Source: Eledone cirrhosa
Lineage: Eukaryota
DNA: 64,000 bases
Assembly (NCBI GenBank): GCA_964016885.1
Contig: OZ024741.1
Span: forward strand, 245,768,001 to 245,832,000
Reading direction: 5' to 3'
Shown here: piece after piece, positions 1-12,755 of the stretch
Layout: each line of letters begins with the position of its first letter
Position numbering within the stretch: position 1 is the stretch's first letter
Position numbers and translations under genes: made by a program
The notes under the pieces: generated by a model
Database searches by the model: none
What the model was told of the DNA's origin: nothing
Seen by the model: only the letters and a program-made list of their open reading frames with translations

Positions 1-421
1 GAGGGCTGGAAATTATCTTCCCTTGGACGGCTGGAAATTATCTCCCCTTGATTTTTTTTACAAATTATCTCCCCCTGATTTTTTTTTACAAATTATCTCC
101 CCCTGATTTTTTTTTACAACTTATCTGCGCCTGATTTTTTTTTAAAAATTATCTCCCCTTGGACGGCTGGAAATTATCTCCCCTTGGACGGCTGGAAATT
201 ATCTCTCCTTGGACGGCTAGAATTTACCTCTCCTTGGACGGCTGGAAATTATCTCCCCTTGATTTTTTTTACAAATTATCTCCCCCTGATTTTTTTTTAC
301 AAATTATCTCCCCCTGATTTTTTTTTACAAATTATCTCCCCCTGATTTTTTTTTACAAATTATCTCCCCCTGATTTTTTTTACAAATTATCTCCCCCCTG
401 ATTTTTTTACAAATTATCTCC

Positions 422-650
422 CCTTGGCTGGCTGGAAATTATCTCCCCTTGGAGGCTGGAACTTATCTCCCCTTGGACGGCTAGAAATTACCTCTCCTTG
501 GACGGCTGGAAAATATGTCTCCTTGGACGGCTGGATATTATCTCCCCTTGGACGGCTGGAAATTATCTCCCCTTGGACGGCTGGAAATTATCTCCCCTTG
601 GATGGCTAGATATTACCTCCCCTTGGACGGCTGGAAATTATCTCCCCTTG
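422..650 (+). repeat. Example type-A block ('word 1'): nine GC-rich linkers in a fixed variant order; about 35 full copies in the window
   Basis: Order is GGCTGGCTGG, GGAGGCTGGAAC, GGCTAGAAATTACCTCT, GGAAAATATGTCT, GGATATT, consensus x2, GGATGGCTAGATATTACC, consensus. It recurs at 757, 1385, 2010, 4360, 5389, 8337, 8961 ... 59417, 60041, tracked by the identical 61-aa pseudo-ORF. Confidence 0.95.
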
Positions 651-2471
651 ATTTTTTTTACAAATTATCTCCCCCTGATTTTTTTTTACAAATTATCTCC
701 CCCTGATTTTTTTTTACAAATTATCTCCGCCTGATTTTTTTACAAATTATCTCCCCTTGGCTGGCTGGAAATTATCTCCCCTTGGAGGCTGGAACTTATC
801 TCCCCTTGGACGGCTAGAAATTACCTCTCCTTGGACGGCTGGAAAATATGTCTCCTTGGACGGCTGGATATTATCTCCCCTTGGACGGCTGGAAATTATC
901 TCCCCTTGGACGGCTGGAAATTATCTCCCCTTGGATGGCTAGATATTACCTCCCCTTGGACGGCTGGAAATTATCTCCCCTTGATTTTTTTTACAAATTA
1001 TCTCCCCCTGATTTTTTTTTACAAATTATCTCCCCCTGATTTTTTTTTACAAATTATCTCCCCCTGATTTTTGTTTACAAATTATCTCCGCCTGATTTTT
1101 TTTTAAAAATTATCTCCCCTTGGACGGCTGGAAATTATCTCCCCTTGGACGGCTAGAAATTACCTCTCCTTGGACGGCTGAAAATTATCTCCCCTTGGAC
1201 GGCTGGAAATTATCTCCCCTTGATTTTTTTACAAATTATCTCCCCCTGATTTTTTTTTTACAAATTATCTCCCCCTGATTTTTTTTTACAAATTATCTCC
1301 CCCTGATTTTTTTTTACAAATTATCTCCCCCTGATTTTTTTTACAAATTATCTCCCCCCTGATTTTTTTACAAATTATCTCCCCTTGGCTGGCTGGAAAT
1401 TATCTCCCCTTGGAGGCTGGAACTTATCTCCCCTTGGACGGCTAGAAATTACCTCTCCTTGGACGGCTGGAAAATATGTCTCCTTGGACGGCTGGATATT
1501 ATCTCCCCTTGGACGGCTGGAAATTATCTCCCCTTGGACGGCTGGAAATTATCTCCCCTTGGATGGCTAGATATTACCTCCCCTTGGACGGCTGGAAATT
1601 ATCTCCCCTTGATTTTTTTTTACAAATTATCTCCCCCTGATTTTTTTTTACAAATTATCTCCCCCTGATTTTTTTTAAAAAATTATCTCCCCCTGATTTT
1701 TGTTTACAAATTATCTCCGCCTGATTTTTTTAAAAAAATTATCTCCCCTTGGACGGCTGGAAATTATCTCCCCTTGGACGGCTGGAAATTATATCTCCTT
1801 GGACGGCTAGAATTTACCTCTCCTTGGACGGCTGAAAATTATCTCCCCTTGGACGGCTGGAAATTATCTCCCCTTGATTTTTTTTACAAATTATCTCCCC
1901 CTGATTTTTTTTACAAATTATCTCCCCCTGATTTTTTTTTACAAATTATCTCCCCCTGATTTTTTTTTACAAATTATCTCCCCCTGATTTTTTTACAAAT
2001 TATCTCCCCTTGGCTGGCTGGAAATTATCTCCCCTTGGAGGCTGGAACTTATCTCCCCTTGGACGGCTAGAAATTACCTCTCCTTGGACGGCTGGAAAAT
2101 ATGTCTCCTTGGACGGCTGGATATTATCTCCCCTTGGACGGCTGGAAATTATCTCCCCTTGGACGGCTGGAAATTATCTCCCCTTGGATGGCTAGATATT
2201 ACCTCCCCTTGGACGGCTGGAAATTATCTCCCCTTGATTTTTTTTACAAATTATCTCCCCCTGATTTTTTTTTACAAATTATCTCCCCCTGATTTTTTTT
2301 TACAAATTATCTCCCCCTGATTTTTGTTTACAAATTATCTCCGCCTGATTTTTTTTTTTAAATTATCTCCCCTTGGACCGCTGGAAATTATCTCCCCTTG
2401 GACGGCTAGAAATTACCTCTCCTTGGACGGCTGAAAATTATCTCCCCTTGGACGGCTGGAAATTATCTCCC

Positions 2472-2890
2472 CTTGATTTTTTTTACAAATTATCTCCCCC
2501 TGATTTTTTTTTACAAATTATCTCCCCCTGATTTTTTTTACAAATTATCTCCCCCTGATTTTTTTTTACAAATTATCTCCCCCTGATTTTTTTTACAAAT
2601 TATCTCCCCCTGATTTTTTTTACAAATTATCTCCCCCTGATTTTTTTTACAAATTATCTCCCCCTGATTTTTTTACAAATTATCTCCCCCTGATTTTTTT
2701 TACAAATTATCTACCCCTGATTTTTTTTACAAATTATCTCCCCCTGATTTTTTTTTACAAATTATCTCCCCCTGATTTCTTTTTACAAATTATCTCCCCC
2801 TGATTTTTTTTTTACAAATTATCTCCCCCTGATTTTTTTACAAAGTATCTCCCCCTGATTTTTTTTACAATCTCCGCCTGATTTTTTTAA
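2472..2890 (+). repeat. Example long type-B run (~15 monomers, ACAAATTATCTCCCCCTGA-Tn)
   Basis: Read directly. T-tract length varies from 7 to 10 between monomers. A near-identical copy lies at ~48673-49090. Confidence 0.95.
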
Positions 2891-2901
2891 AAATTATCTT
2901 C

Positions 2902-3340
2902 CCTTGGCTGGCGGGAAATTATCTCCCCTTGGACGGCTGGAAATTATCTCCCCTTGGAAGGATGGAAATTATCTCCCCTTGGACGGCTGGAAATTATCTC
3001 CCCTTGCACGGCTGGAAATTATCTCCCCTTGGACGGCTAGAAATTATCTCTCTTTGGACGGCTGGAAATTATCTCCCTTTGATTTTTTTTACAAATTATC
3101 TCCCTCTGATTTTTTTTACGAATCTCCCCCTGATTTTTTTAAAAAAATTATCTCCCCTTCGCTGGCTGGAAATTATCTCCCCTTGGACACTGGAAATTAT
3201 AGCCCCTTGGAGGGCTGGAAATTATCTTCCCTTGGACGGCTGGAAATTATCTCCCCCTGATTTTTTTTACAAATTATCTCCGCCTTATTTTTTTAAAAAG
3301 TTATCTCTCCTTGGACGGCTGGAAATTATCTCCCCTTGAT
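2902..3340 (+). repeat. Example of second recurrent block ('word 2'): GGCTGGCGGG, GGAAGGATGG, TTGCACGG, CTCTTTGG, CCCTTTGA, CCCTCTGA, TTCGCTGG
   Basis: The start of this block recurs at 7038, 11970, 13550, 15012, 19491, 23187, 30837, 36577, 49105, 53187, 58118 and 63050. Confidence 0.9.
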
Positions 3341-5781
3341 TTTTTTTACAAATAATCTCCCCCTGATTTTTTTTTACAAATTATCTCCCCCTGATTTTTT
3401 TTTACAAATTATCTACCCCTGATTTTCTTTTACAAATTATCTCCCCCTGATTTTTGTTACAAATTATCTCCCCCTGATTTTTCTTTTACAAATTATCTCC
3501 CCCTGATTTTTTTTACAAATTATCTCCGCCTGATTTTTTTAAATATTATCTTCCCTTGGCTGGCGGGAAATTATCTCCCCTTGGATGGCTGGAAATTATC
3601 TGCCCTTGATTTTCTTTTTACAAATTATCTTCCACTGATTTTTTTTACAAATTATCTCCACCTGATTTTTTTAAAAATTATCTCCCCTTGGAAGGCTGGA
3701 AATTATCTCCCCTTGGCTGGAAATTATCTCCCCTTGGACGGCTAGAAATTATCTCTCTTTGTACGGCTGGAAATTATCACCCCTTGAGTTTTTTACAAAT
3801 TATCTCCCCCTGATTTTTTTTACAAATCTCCCAGTGTTTTTTAAAAAAAATTATCTCCCCTTCGCTGGCTGGAAATTATCTCCCCTTGGACGCTGGAAAT
3901 TATAGCCCCTTGGAGGGCTGGAAATTATCTTCCCTTGGACGGCTGGAAATTATCTCCCCTTGATTTTTTTTACAAATTATCTCCCCCTGATTTTTTTTTA
4001 CAAATTATCTCCCCCTGATTTTTTTTTACAACTTATCTGCGCCTGATTTTTTTAAAAAAATTATCTTCCCTTGGACGGCTGGAAATTATCTCCCCTTGGA
4101 CGGCTGGAAATTATCTCTCCTTGGACGACTAGAATTTACCTCTCCTTGGACGGCTGAAAATTATCTCCCCTTGGACGGCTGGAAATTATCTCCCCTTGAT
4201 TTTTTTTACAAATTATCTCCCCCTGATTTTTTTTTACAAATTATCTGCCCCTGATTTTTTTTTACAAATTATCTCCCCCTGATTTTTTTTTTAAAATTAT
4301 CTCCCCCTGATTTTTTTTACAAATTATCTCCCCCTGATTTTTTTACAAATTATCTCCCCTTGGCTGGCTGGAAATTATCTCCCCTTGGAGGCTGGAACTT
4401 ATGTCCCCTTGGACGGCTAGAAATGACCTCTCCTTGGACGGCTGGAAAATATGTCTCCTTGGACGGCTGGATATTATCTCCCCTTGGACGGCTGGAAATT
4501 ATCTCCCCTTGGACGGCTGGAAATTATCTCCCCTTGGATGGCTAGATATTACCTCCCCTTGGACGGCTGGAAATTATCTCCCCTTGATTTTTTTTACAAA
4601 TTATCTCCCCCTGATTTTTTTTTACAAATTTTCTCCCCCTGATTTTTGTTTACAAATTATCTCCGCCTGATTTTTTTTTAAAAATTATCTCCCCTTGGAC
4701 GGCTGGAAATTATCTCCCCTTGGACGGCTAGAAATTACCTCTCCTTGGACGGCTGAAAATTATCTCCCCTTGGACGGCTGGAAATTATCTCCCCTTGATT
4801 TTTTTACAAATAATCTCCCCCTGATTTTTTTTTACAAATTATCTCCCCCTGATTTTTTTTTTACAAATTATCTCCCACTGATTTTTTTTTACAAATTATC
4901 TACCCCTGATTTTTTTTACAAATTATCTCCCCCTGATTTTTTTTACAAATTTTCTCCCCCTGATTTTTTTTTACAAATTATCTCCCCCTGATTTTTTTAC
5001 AAATTATCTCCCCCTGATTTTTTTTACAAATTATCTCCGCCTGATTTTTTTAAATATTATCTTCCCTTGGCTGGCGGGAAATTATCTCCCCTTGGACGGC
5101 TGAAAATTATCTCCCCTTGGACGGCTGGAAATTATCTCCCCTTGATTCTTTTTACAAATTATCTCCCCCTGATTTTTTTTTACAAATTATCTCCCCCTGA
5201 TTTTTTTACAAATTATCTCCCCCTGATTTTTTTTTACAAATTATCTCCCCCTGATTTTTTTTACAAATTATTTCCCTCTGATTTTTTTGCAAATTATCTC
5301 CCCCTGATTTTTTTTTTACAAATTATCTCCCCCTGATTTTTTTTTACAAATTATCTCCCCCTGATTTTTTTTTACAAATTATCTCCCCTTGGCTGGCTGG
5401 AAATTATCTCCCCTTGGAGGCTGGAACTTATCTCCCCTTGGACGGCTAGAAATTACCTCTCCTTGGACGGCTGGAAAATATGTCTCCTTGGACGGCTGGA
5501 TATTATCTCCCCTTGGACGGCTGGAAATTATCTCCCCTTGGACGGCTGGAAATTATCTCCCATTGGATGGCTAGATATTACCTCCCCTTGGACGGCTGGA
5601 AATTATCTCCCCTTGATCTTTTTACAAATTATCTCCCCCTGATTTTTTTTTTACAAATTATCTCCCCCTGATTTTTTTTTACAAATTATCTACCCCTGAT
5701 TTTTTTTTACAAATTATCTCCCCCTGATTTTTTTTACAAATTATCTCCCCCTGATTTTTTTTTTACAAATTATCTCCCCCT

Positions 5782-8700
5782 GATTTTTTTACAAATTATC
5801 TCCCACTGATTTTTTTTACAAATTATCTCCGCCTGATTTTTTTAAATATTATCTCTCCTTGGCTGGCGGGAAATTATCTCCCCTTGGACGGCTGGAAATT
5901 ATCTCCCCTTGGAAGGATGGAAATTATCTCCCCTTGGACGGCTGGAAATTATCTACCCCTGATTTTTTTTACAAATTATCTCCCCCTGATTTTTTTTACA
6001 AATTATCTCCCCCTGATTTTTTTTACAAATTATCTACCCCTGATTTTTTTTACAAATTATCTCCCCCTGATTTTTTTTTACAAATTATCTCCCCCTGATT
6101 TTTTTACAAATTATCTCCCCCTGATTTTTTTTACAATCTCCGCCTGATTTTTTTAAAAATTGTCTTCCCTTGGCTGGCTGGAAATTATCTCCCCTTGGAC
6201 ACTGGATATAATAGCCCCTTGGAGGGCTGGAAATTATCTTCCCTTGGACGGCTGGAAATTATCTCCCCTTGATTTTTTTTACAAATTATCTCCGCCTGAT
6301 TTTTTTTTACAAATTATCTCCCCCTGATTTTTTTTTACAAATTATCTACCCCTGATTTTTTTTTACAAATTATCTCCCCCTGATTTTTTTTACAAATTAT
6401 CTCCCCCTGATTTTTCTTTTACAAATTATCTCCCCCTGATTTTTTTACAAATTATCTCCCCCTGATTTTTTTTACAAATTATCTCCGCCTGATTTTTTTA
6501 AATATTATCTTCCCTTGGCTGGCGGGAAATTATCTCCCCTTGGACGGCTGGAAATTATCTGCCCTTGATTTTCTTTTTACAAATTATCTTCCACTGATTT
6601 TTTTTACAAATTATCTTCACCTGATTTTTTAAAAAATTATCTCCCCTTGGAAGGCTGGAAATTATCTCCCCTTGGACGGCTGGAAATTATCTCCCCTTGG
6701 ACGGCTAGAAATTATCTCTCCTTGGACGGCTGAAAATTATCTCCCCTTGGACGGCTGCAAATTATCTCCCCTTGATTTTTTTTACAAATTATCTCCCCCT
6801 GATTTTTTTTACAAATTATCTCCCCCTGATTTTTTTACAAATTATCTACCCCTGATTTTTTTTACAAATTATCTCCCCCTGATTTTTTTTTACAAATTAT
6901 CTCCCCCTGATTTTTTTTTACAAATTATCTCCCCCTGATTTTTTTTTACAAATTATCTCCCCCTGATTTTTTTACAAATTATCTCCCCCTGATTTTTTTT
7001 ACAATCTCCGCCTGATTTTTTTAAAAATTATCTTCCCTTGGCTGGCGGGAAATTATCTCCCCTTGGACGGCTGGAAATTATCTCCCCTTGGAAGGATGGA
7101 AATTATCTCCCCTTGGACGGCTGGAAATTATCTCCCCTTGCACGGCTGGAAATTATCTCCCCTTGGCTGGAAATTATCTCCCCTTGGACGGCTAGAAATT
7201 ATCTCTCTTTGGACGGCTGGAAATTATCTCCCTTTGATTTTTTTTACAAATTATCTCCCTCTGATTTTTTTTACAAATCTCCCCCTGATTTTTTTAAAAA
7301 AATTATCTCCCCTTCGCTGGCTGGAAATTATCTTCCCTTGGACGGCTGGAAATTATCTCCCCTTGATTTTTTTTACAAATTATCTCCGCCTGATTTTTTT
7401 TTAAAATTATCTCTCCTTGGACGGCTGGAAATTATCTCCCCTTGATTTTTTTTACAAATAATCTCCCCCTGATTTTTTTTTATAAATTATCTCCCCCTGA
7501 TTTTTTTTTACAAATTATCTACCCCTGATTTTTTTTTACAAATTATCTCCCCCTGATTTTTTTTACAAATTATCTCCCCCTGATTTTTCTTTTACAAATT
7601 ATCTCCCCCTGATTTTTTTACAAATTATCTCCCCCTGATTTTTTTTACAAATTGTCTCCGCCTGATTTTTTTAAATATTATCTTCCCTTGGCTGGCGGGA
7701 AATTACCTCCCCTTGGACGGCTGGAAATTATCTGCCCTTGATTTTCTTTTTACAAATTATCTTCCACTGATTTTTTTTACAAATTATCTCCACCTGATTT
7801 TTTAAAAAATTATCTCCCCTTGGAAGGCTGGAAATTATCTCCCCTTGGACGGCTAGAAATTATCTCTCTTTGGACGGCTGGAAATTATCACCCCTTGAGT
7901 TTTTTACAAATTATCTCCCCCTGATTTTTTTTACAAATCTCCCAGTGATTTTTTAAAAAAAATTATCTCCCCTTCGCTGGCTGGAAATTATCTCCCCTTG
8001 GACGCTGGAAATTATAGCCCCTTGGAGGGCTGGAAATTATCTTCCCTTGGACGGCTGGAAATTATCTCCCCTTGGACGGCTGGAAATTATCTCTCCTTGG
8101 ACGGCTAGAATTTACCTCTCCTTGGACGGCTGAAAATTATCTCCCCTTGAACGGCTGGAAATTATCTCCCCTTGATTTTTTTTACAAATTATCTCCCCCT
8201 TTTTTTTTTTTACAAATTATCTCCCCCTGATTTTTTTTTACAAATTATCTCCCCCTGATTTTTTTTTACAAATTATCTCCCCCTGATTTTTTTTACAAAT
8301 TATCTCCCCCCTGATTTTTTTACAAATTATCTCCCCTTGGCTGGTTGGAAATTATCTCCCCTTGGAGGCTGGAACTTATCTCCCCTTGGACGGCTAGAAA
8401 TTACCTCTCCTTGGACGGCTGGAAAATATGTCTCCTTGGACGGCTGGATATTATCTCCCCTTGGACGGCTGGAAATTATCTCCCCTTGGACGGCTGGAAA
8501 TTATCTCCCCTTGGATGGCTAGATATTACCTCCCCTTGGACGGCTGGAAATTATCTCCCCTTGATTTTTTTAACAAATTATCTCCCCCTGATTTTTTTTA
8601 CAAATTATCTCCCCCTGATTTTTTTTAAAAAATTATCTCCCCCTGATTTTTGTTTACAAATTATCTCCGCCTGATTTTTTTTAACAAATTATCTCCCCTT

Positions 8701-11700
8701 GGACGGCTGGAAATTATCTCCCCTTGGACGGCTGGAAATTATATCTCCTTGGACGGCTAGAATTTACCTCTCCTTGGACGGCTGAAAATTATCTCCCCTT
8801 GGACGGCTGGAAATTATCTCCCCTTGATTTTTTTTACAAATTATCTCCCCCTGATTTTTTTTTACAAATTATCTCCCCCTGATTTTTTTTTACAAATTAT
8901 CTCCCCCTGATTTTTTTTTACAAATTATCTCCCCCTGATTTTTTTACAAATTATCTCCCCTTGGCTGGCTGGAAATTATCTCCCCTTGGAGGCTGGAACT
9001 TATCTCCACTTGGACGGCTAGAAATTACCTCTCCTTGGACGGCTGGAAAATATGTCTCCTTGGACGGCTGGATATTATCTCCCCTTGGACGGCTGGAAAT
9101 TATCTCCCCTTGGACGGCTGGAAATTATCTCCCCTTGGATGGCTAGATATTACCTCCCCTTGGACGGCTGGAAATTATCTCCCCTTGATTTTTTTTACAA
9201 ATTATCTCCCCCTGATTTTTTTTTACAAATTATCTCCCCCTGATTTTTTTTTACAAATTATCTCCCCCTGATTTTTGTTTACAAATTATCTCCGCCTGAT
9301 TTTTTTTTTAAAATTATCTCCCCTTGGACGGCTGGAAATTATCTCCCCTTGGACGGCTAGAAATTACCTCTCCTTGGACGGCTGAAAATTATCTCCCCTT
9401 GGACGGCTGGAAATTATCTCCCCTTGATTTTTTTACAAATTATCTCCCCCTGATTTTTTTTTTACAAATTATCTCCCCCTGATTTTTTTTTACAAATTAT
9501 CTACCCCTGATTTTTTTTTACAAATTATCTCCCCCTGATTTTTTTTTACAAATTATCTACCCCTGATTTTTTTTACAAATTATCTCCCCCTGATTTTTTT
9601 TACAAATTATCTCCCCCTGATTTTTTTTTTACAAATTATCTCCCCCTGATTTTTTTACAAATTATCTCCCCCTGATTTTTTTTACAAATTATCTCCGCCG
9701 GATTTTTTTTAATATTATCTTCCCTTGGCTTGCGGGAAATTATCTCCCCTTGGACGGCTGAAAATTATCTCCCCTTGGACGGCTGGAAATTATCTCCCCT
9801 TGATTTTTTTTACAAATTATCTCCCCCTGATTTTTTTTTACAAATTATCTCCCCCTGATTTTTTTTACAAATTATCTCCCCCTGATTTTTTTTACAAATT
9901 ATCTCCCCCTGATTTTTTTTACAAATTATCTCCCCCTGATTTTTTTTTACAAATTATCTCCCCCTGATTTTTTTACAAATTATCTCCCCCTGATTTTTTT
10001 TACAAATTATCTCCGCCTGATTTTTTAAAATATTATCTTCCCTTGGCTGGCGGGAAATTATCTCCCCTTGGACGGCTGGAAATTATCTGCCCTTGATTTT
10101 CTTTTTACAAATTAACTTCCACTGATTTTTTTTACAAATTATCTCCACCTGATTTTTTTAAAAATTATCTCCCCTTGGAAGGCTGGAAATTATCTCCCCT
10201 TGGCTGGAAATTATCTCCCCTTGGACGGCTAGAAATTATCTCTCTTTGGACGGCTGGAAATTATCACCCCTTGAGTTTTTTACAAATTATCTCCCCCTGA
10301 TTTTTTTTACAAATCTCCCAGTGATTTTTAAAAAAAAATTATCTTCCCTTCGCTGGCTGGAAATTATCTCCCCTTGGACGCTGGAAATTATAGCCCCTTG
10401 GAGGGCTGGAAATTATCTTCCCTTGGACGGCTGGAAATTACCTCCCCTTGATTTTTTTTACAAATTATCTCCCCCTGATTTTTTTTTACAAATTATATCC
10501 CCCTGATTTTTTTTAACAACTTATCTGCGCCTGATTTTTTTAAAAAAATTATCTCCCCTTGGACGGCTGGAAATTATCTCCCTTTGGACGGCTGGAAATT
10601 ATCTCTCCTTGGACGGCTAGAATTTACCTCTCCTTGGACGGCTGAAAATTATCTCCCCTTGGACGGCTGGAAATTATCTCCCCTTGATTTTTTTTACAAA
10701 TTATCTCCCCCTGATTTTTTTTTACAAATTATGTCCCCCTGATTTTTTTACAAATTATCTCCCACTGATTTTTTTTACAAATTATCTCCGCCTGATTTTT
10801 TTAAATATTATCTCTCCTTGGCTGGCGGGAAATTATCTCCCCTTGGACGGCTGGAAATTATCTCCCCTTGGAAGGATGGAAATTATCTCCCCTTGGACGG
10901 CTGGAAATTATCTACCCGTGATTTTTTTTACAAATTATCTCCCCCTGATTTTTTTTACAAATTATCTCCCCCTGATTTTTTTTACAAATTATCTACCCCT
11001 GATTTTTTTTACAAATTATCTCCCCCTGATTTTTTTACAAATTATCTCCCCCTGATTTTTTTTACAATCTCCGCCTGATTTTTTTAAAAATTGTCTTCCC
11101 TTGGCTGGCTGGAAATTATCTCCCCTTGGACACTGGAAATTATAGCCCCTTGGAGGGCTGGAAATTATCTTCCCTTGGACGGCTGGAAATTATCTCCCCT
11201 TGATTTTTTTTACAAATTATCTCCGCCTGATTTTTTTTTACAAATTATCTCCCCCTGATTTTTTTTTACAAATTATCTACCCCTGATTTTTTTTTACAAA
11301 TTATCTCCCCCTGATTTTTTTTACAAATTATCTCCCCCTGATTTTTCTTTTACAAATTATCTCCCCCTGATTTTTTTACAAATTATCTCCCCCTGATTTT
11401 TTTTACAAATTATCTCCGCCTGATTTTTTTAAATATTATCTTCCCTTGGCTGGCGGGAAATTATCTCCCCTTGGACGGCTGGAAATTATCTGCCCTTGAT
11501 TTTCTTTTTACAAATTATCTTCCACTGATTTTTTTTACAAATTATCTCCACCTGATTTTTTAAAAAATTATCTCCCCTTGGAAGGCTGGAAATTATCTCC
11601 CCTTGGACGGCTGGAAATTATCTCCCCTTGGACGGCTAGAAATTATCTCTCCTTGGACGGCTGAAAATTATCTCCCCTTGGACGGCTGCAAATTATCTCC

Positions 11701-12755
11701 CCTTGATTTTTTTTACAAATTATCTCCCCCTGATTTTTTTTACAAATTATCTCCCCCTGATTTTTTTACAAATTATCTACCCCTGATTTTTTTTACAAAT
11801 TATCTCCCCCTGATTTTTTTTTACAAATTATCTCCCCCTGATTTTTTTTTACAAATTATCTCCCCCTGATTTTTTTTTTATAAATTATCTCCCCCTGATT
11901 TTTTTACAAATTATCTCCCCCTGATTTTTTTTACAATCTCCGCCTGATTTTTTTAAAAATTATCTTCCCTTGGCTGGCGGGAAATTATCTCCCCTTGGAC
12001 GGCTGGAAATTCTCTCCCCTTGGAAGGATGGAAATTATCTCCCCTTGGACGGCTGGAAATTATCTCCCCTTGCACGGCTGGAAATTATCTCCCCTTGGCT
12101 GGAAATTATCTCCCCTTGGACGGCTAGAAATTATCTCTCTTTGGACGGCTGGAAATTATCTCCCTTTGATTTTTTTTACAAATTATCTCCCTCTGATTTT
12201 TTTTACAAATCTCCCCCTGATTTTTTTAAAAAAATTATCTCCCCTTCGCTGGCTGGAAATTATCTTCCCTTGGACGGCTGGAAATTATCTCCCCTTGATT
12301 TTTTTTACAAATTATCTCCGCCTGATTTTTTTTTTAAATTATCTCTCCTTGGACGGCTGGAAATTATCTCCCCTTGATTTTTTTTACAAATAATCTCCCC
12401 CTGATTTTTTTTTATAAATTATCTCCCCCTGATTTTTTTTTACAAATTATCTACCCCTGATTTTTTTTTACAAATTATCTCCCCCTGATTTTTTTTACAA
12501 ATTATCTCCCCCTGATTTTTCTTTTACAAATTATCTCCCCCTGATTTTTTTACAAATTATCTCCCCCTGATTTTTTTTACAAATTGTCTCCGCCTGATTT
12601 TTTTAAATATTATCTTCCCTTGGCTGGCGGGAAATTACCTCCCCTTGGACGGCTGGAAATTATCTGCCCTTGATTTTCTTTTTACAAATTATCTTCCACT
12701 GATTTTTTTTACAAATTATCTCCACCTGATTTTTTAAAAAATTATCTCCCCTTGG
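5782..12755 (+). repeat. Same 4931-bp unit, ~1.4 tandem copies
   Basis: Landmarks 6672/11603 (4931) and 7038/11970 (4932). The CCCACTGA junction marker appears at ~5802 and ~10761. Confidence 0.9.

Larger units (their letters stand above)
1..12755 (+). repeat. Copy 1 of a >=12.7-kb near-identical duplication (partner starts at 46203)
   Basis: Colinear landmarks: 424/46626, 2904/49105, 4360/50536, 5067/51216, 8337/54486, 11603/57752 (offsets 46202 down to 46149). Rare variants are shared, e.g. GGACGACT 4123/50299, TTGAACGG 8147/54296, TTTTGCAAA 5285/51434. Confidence 0.93.

Noticed and set aside
250-420. Intrinsic terminators or Pol III termination signals at T7-10 tracts
   Set aside because: There is no GC-rich hairpin before the T runs and no upstream gene. 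The tracts are part of the B monomer.
250-420. Canonical G-quadruplex (- strand) or i-motif (+ strand)
   Set aside because: The G4-5 runs are separated by ~21-23 nt, far longer than typical stable loops. It cannot be supported without experiment.
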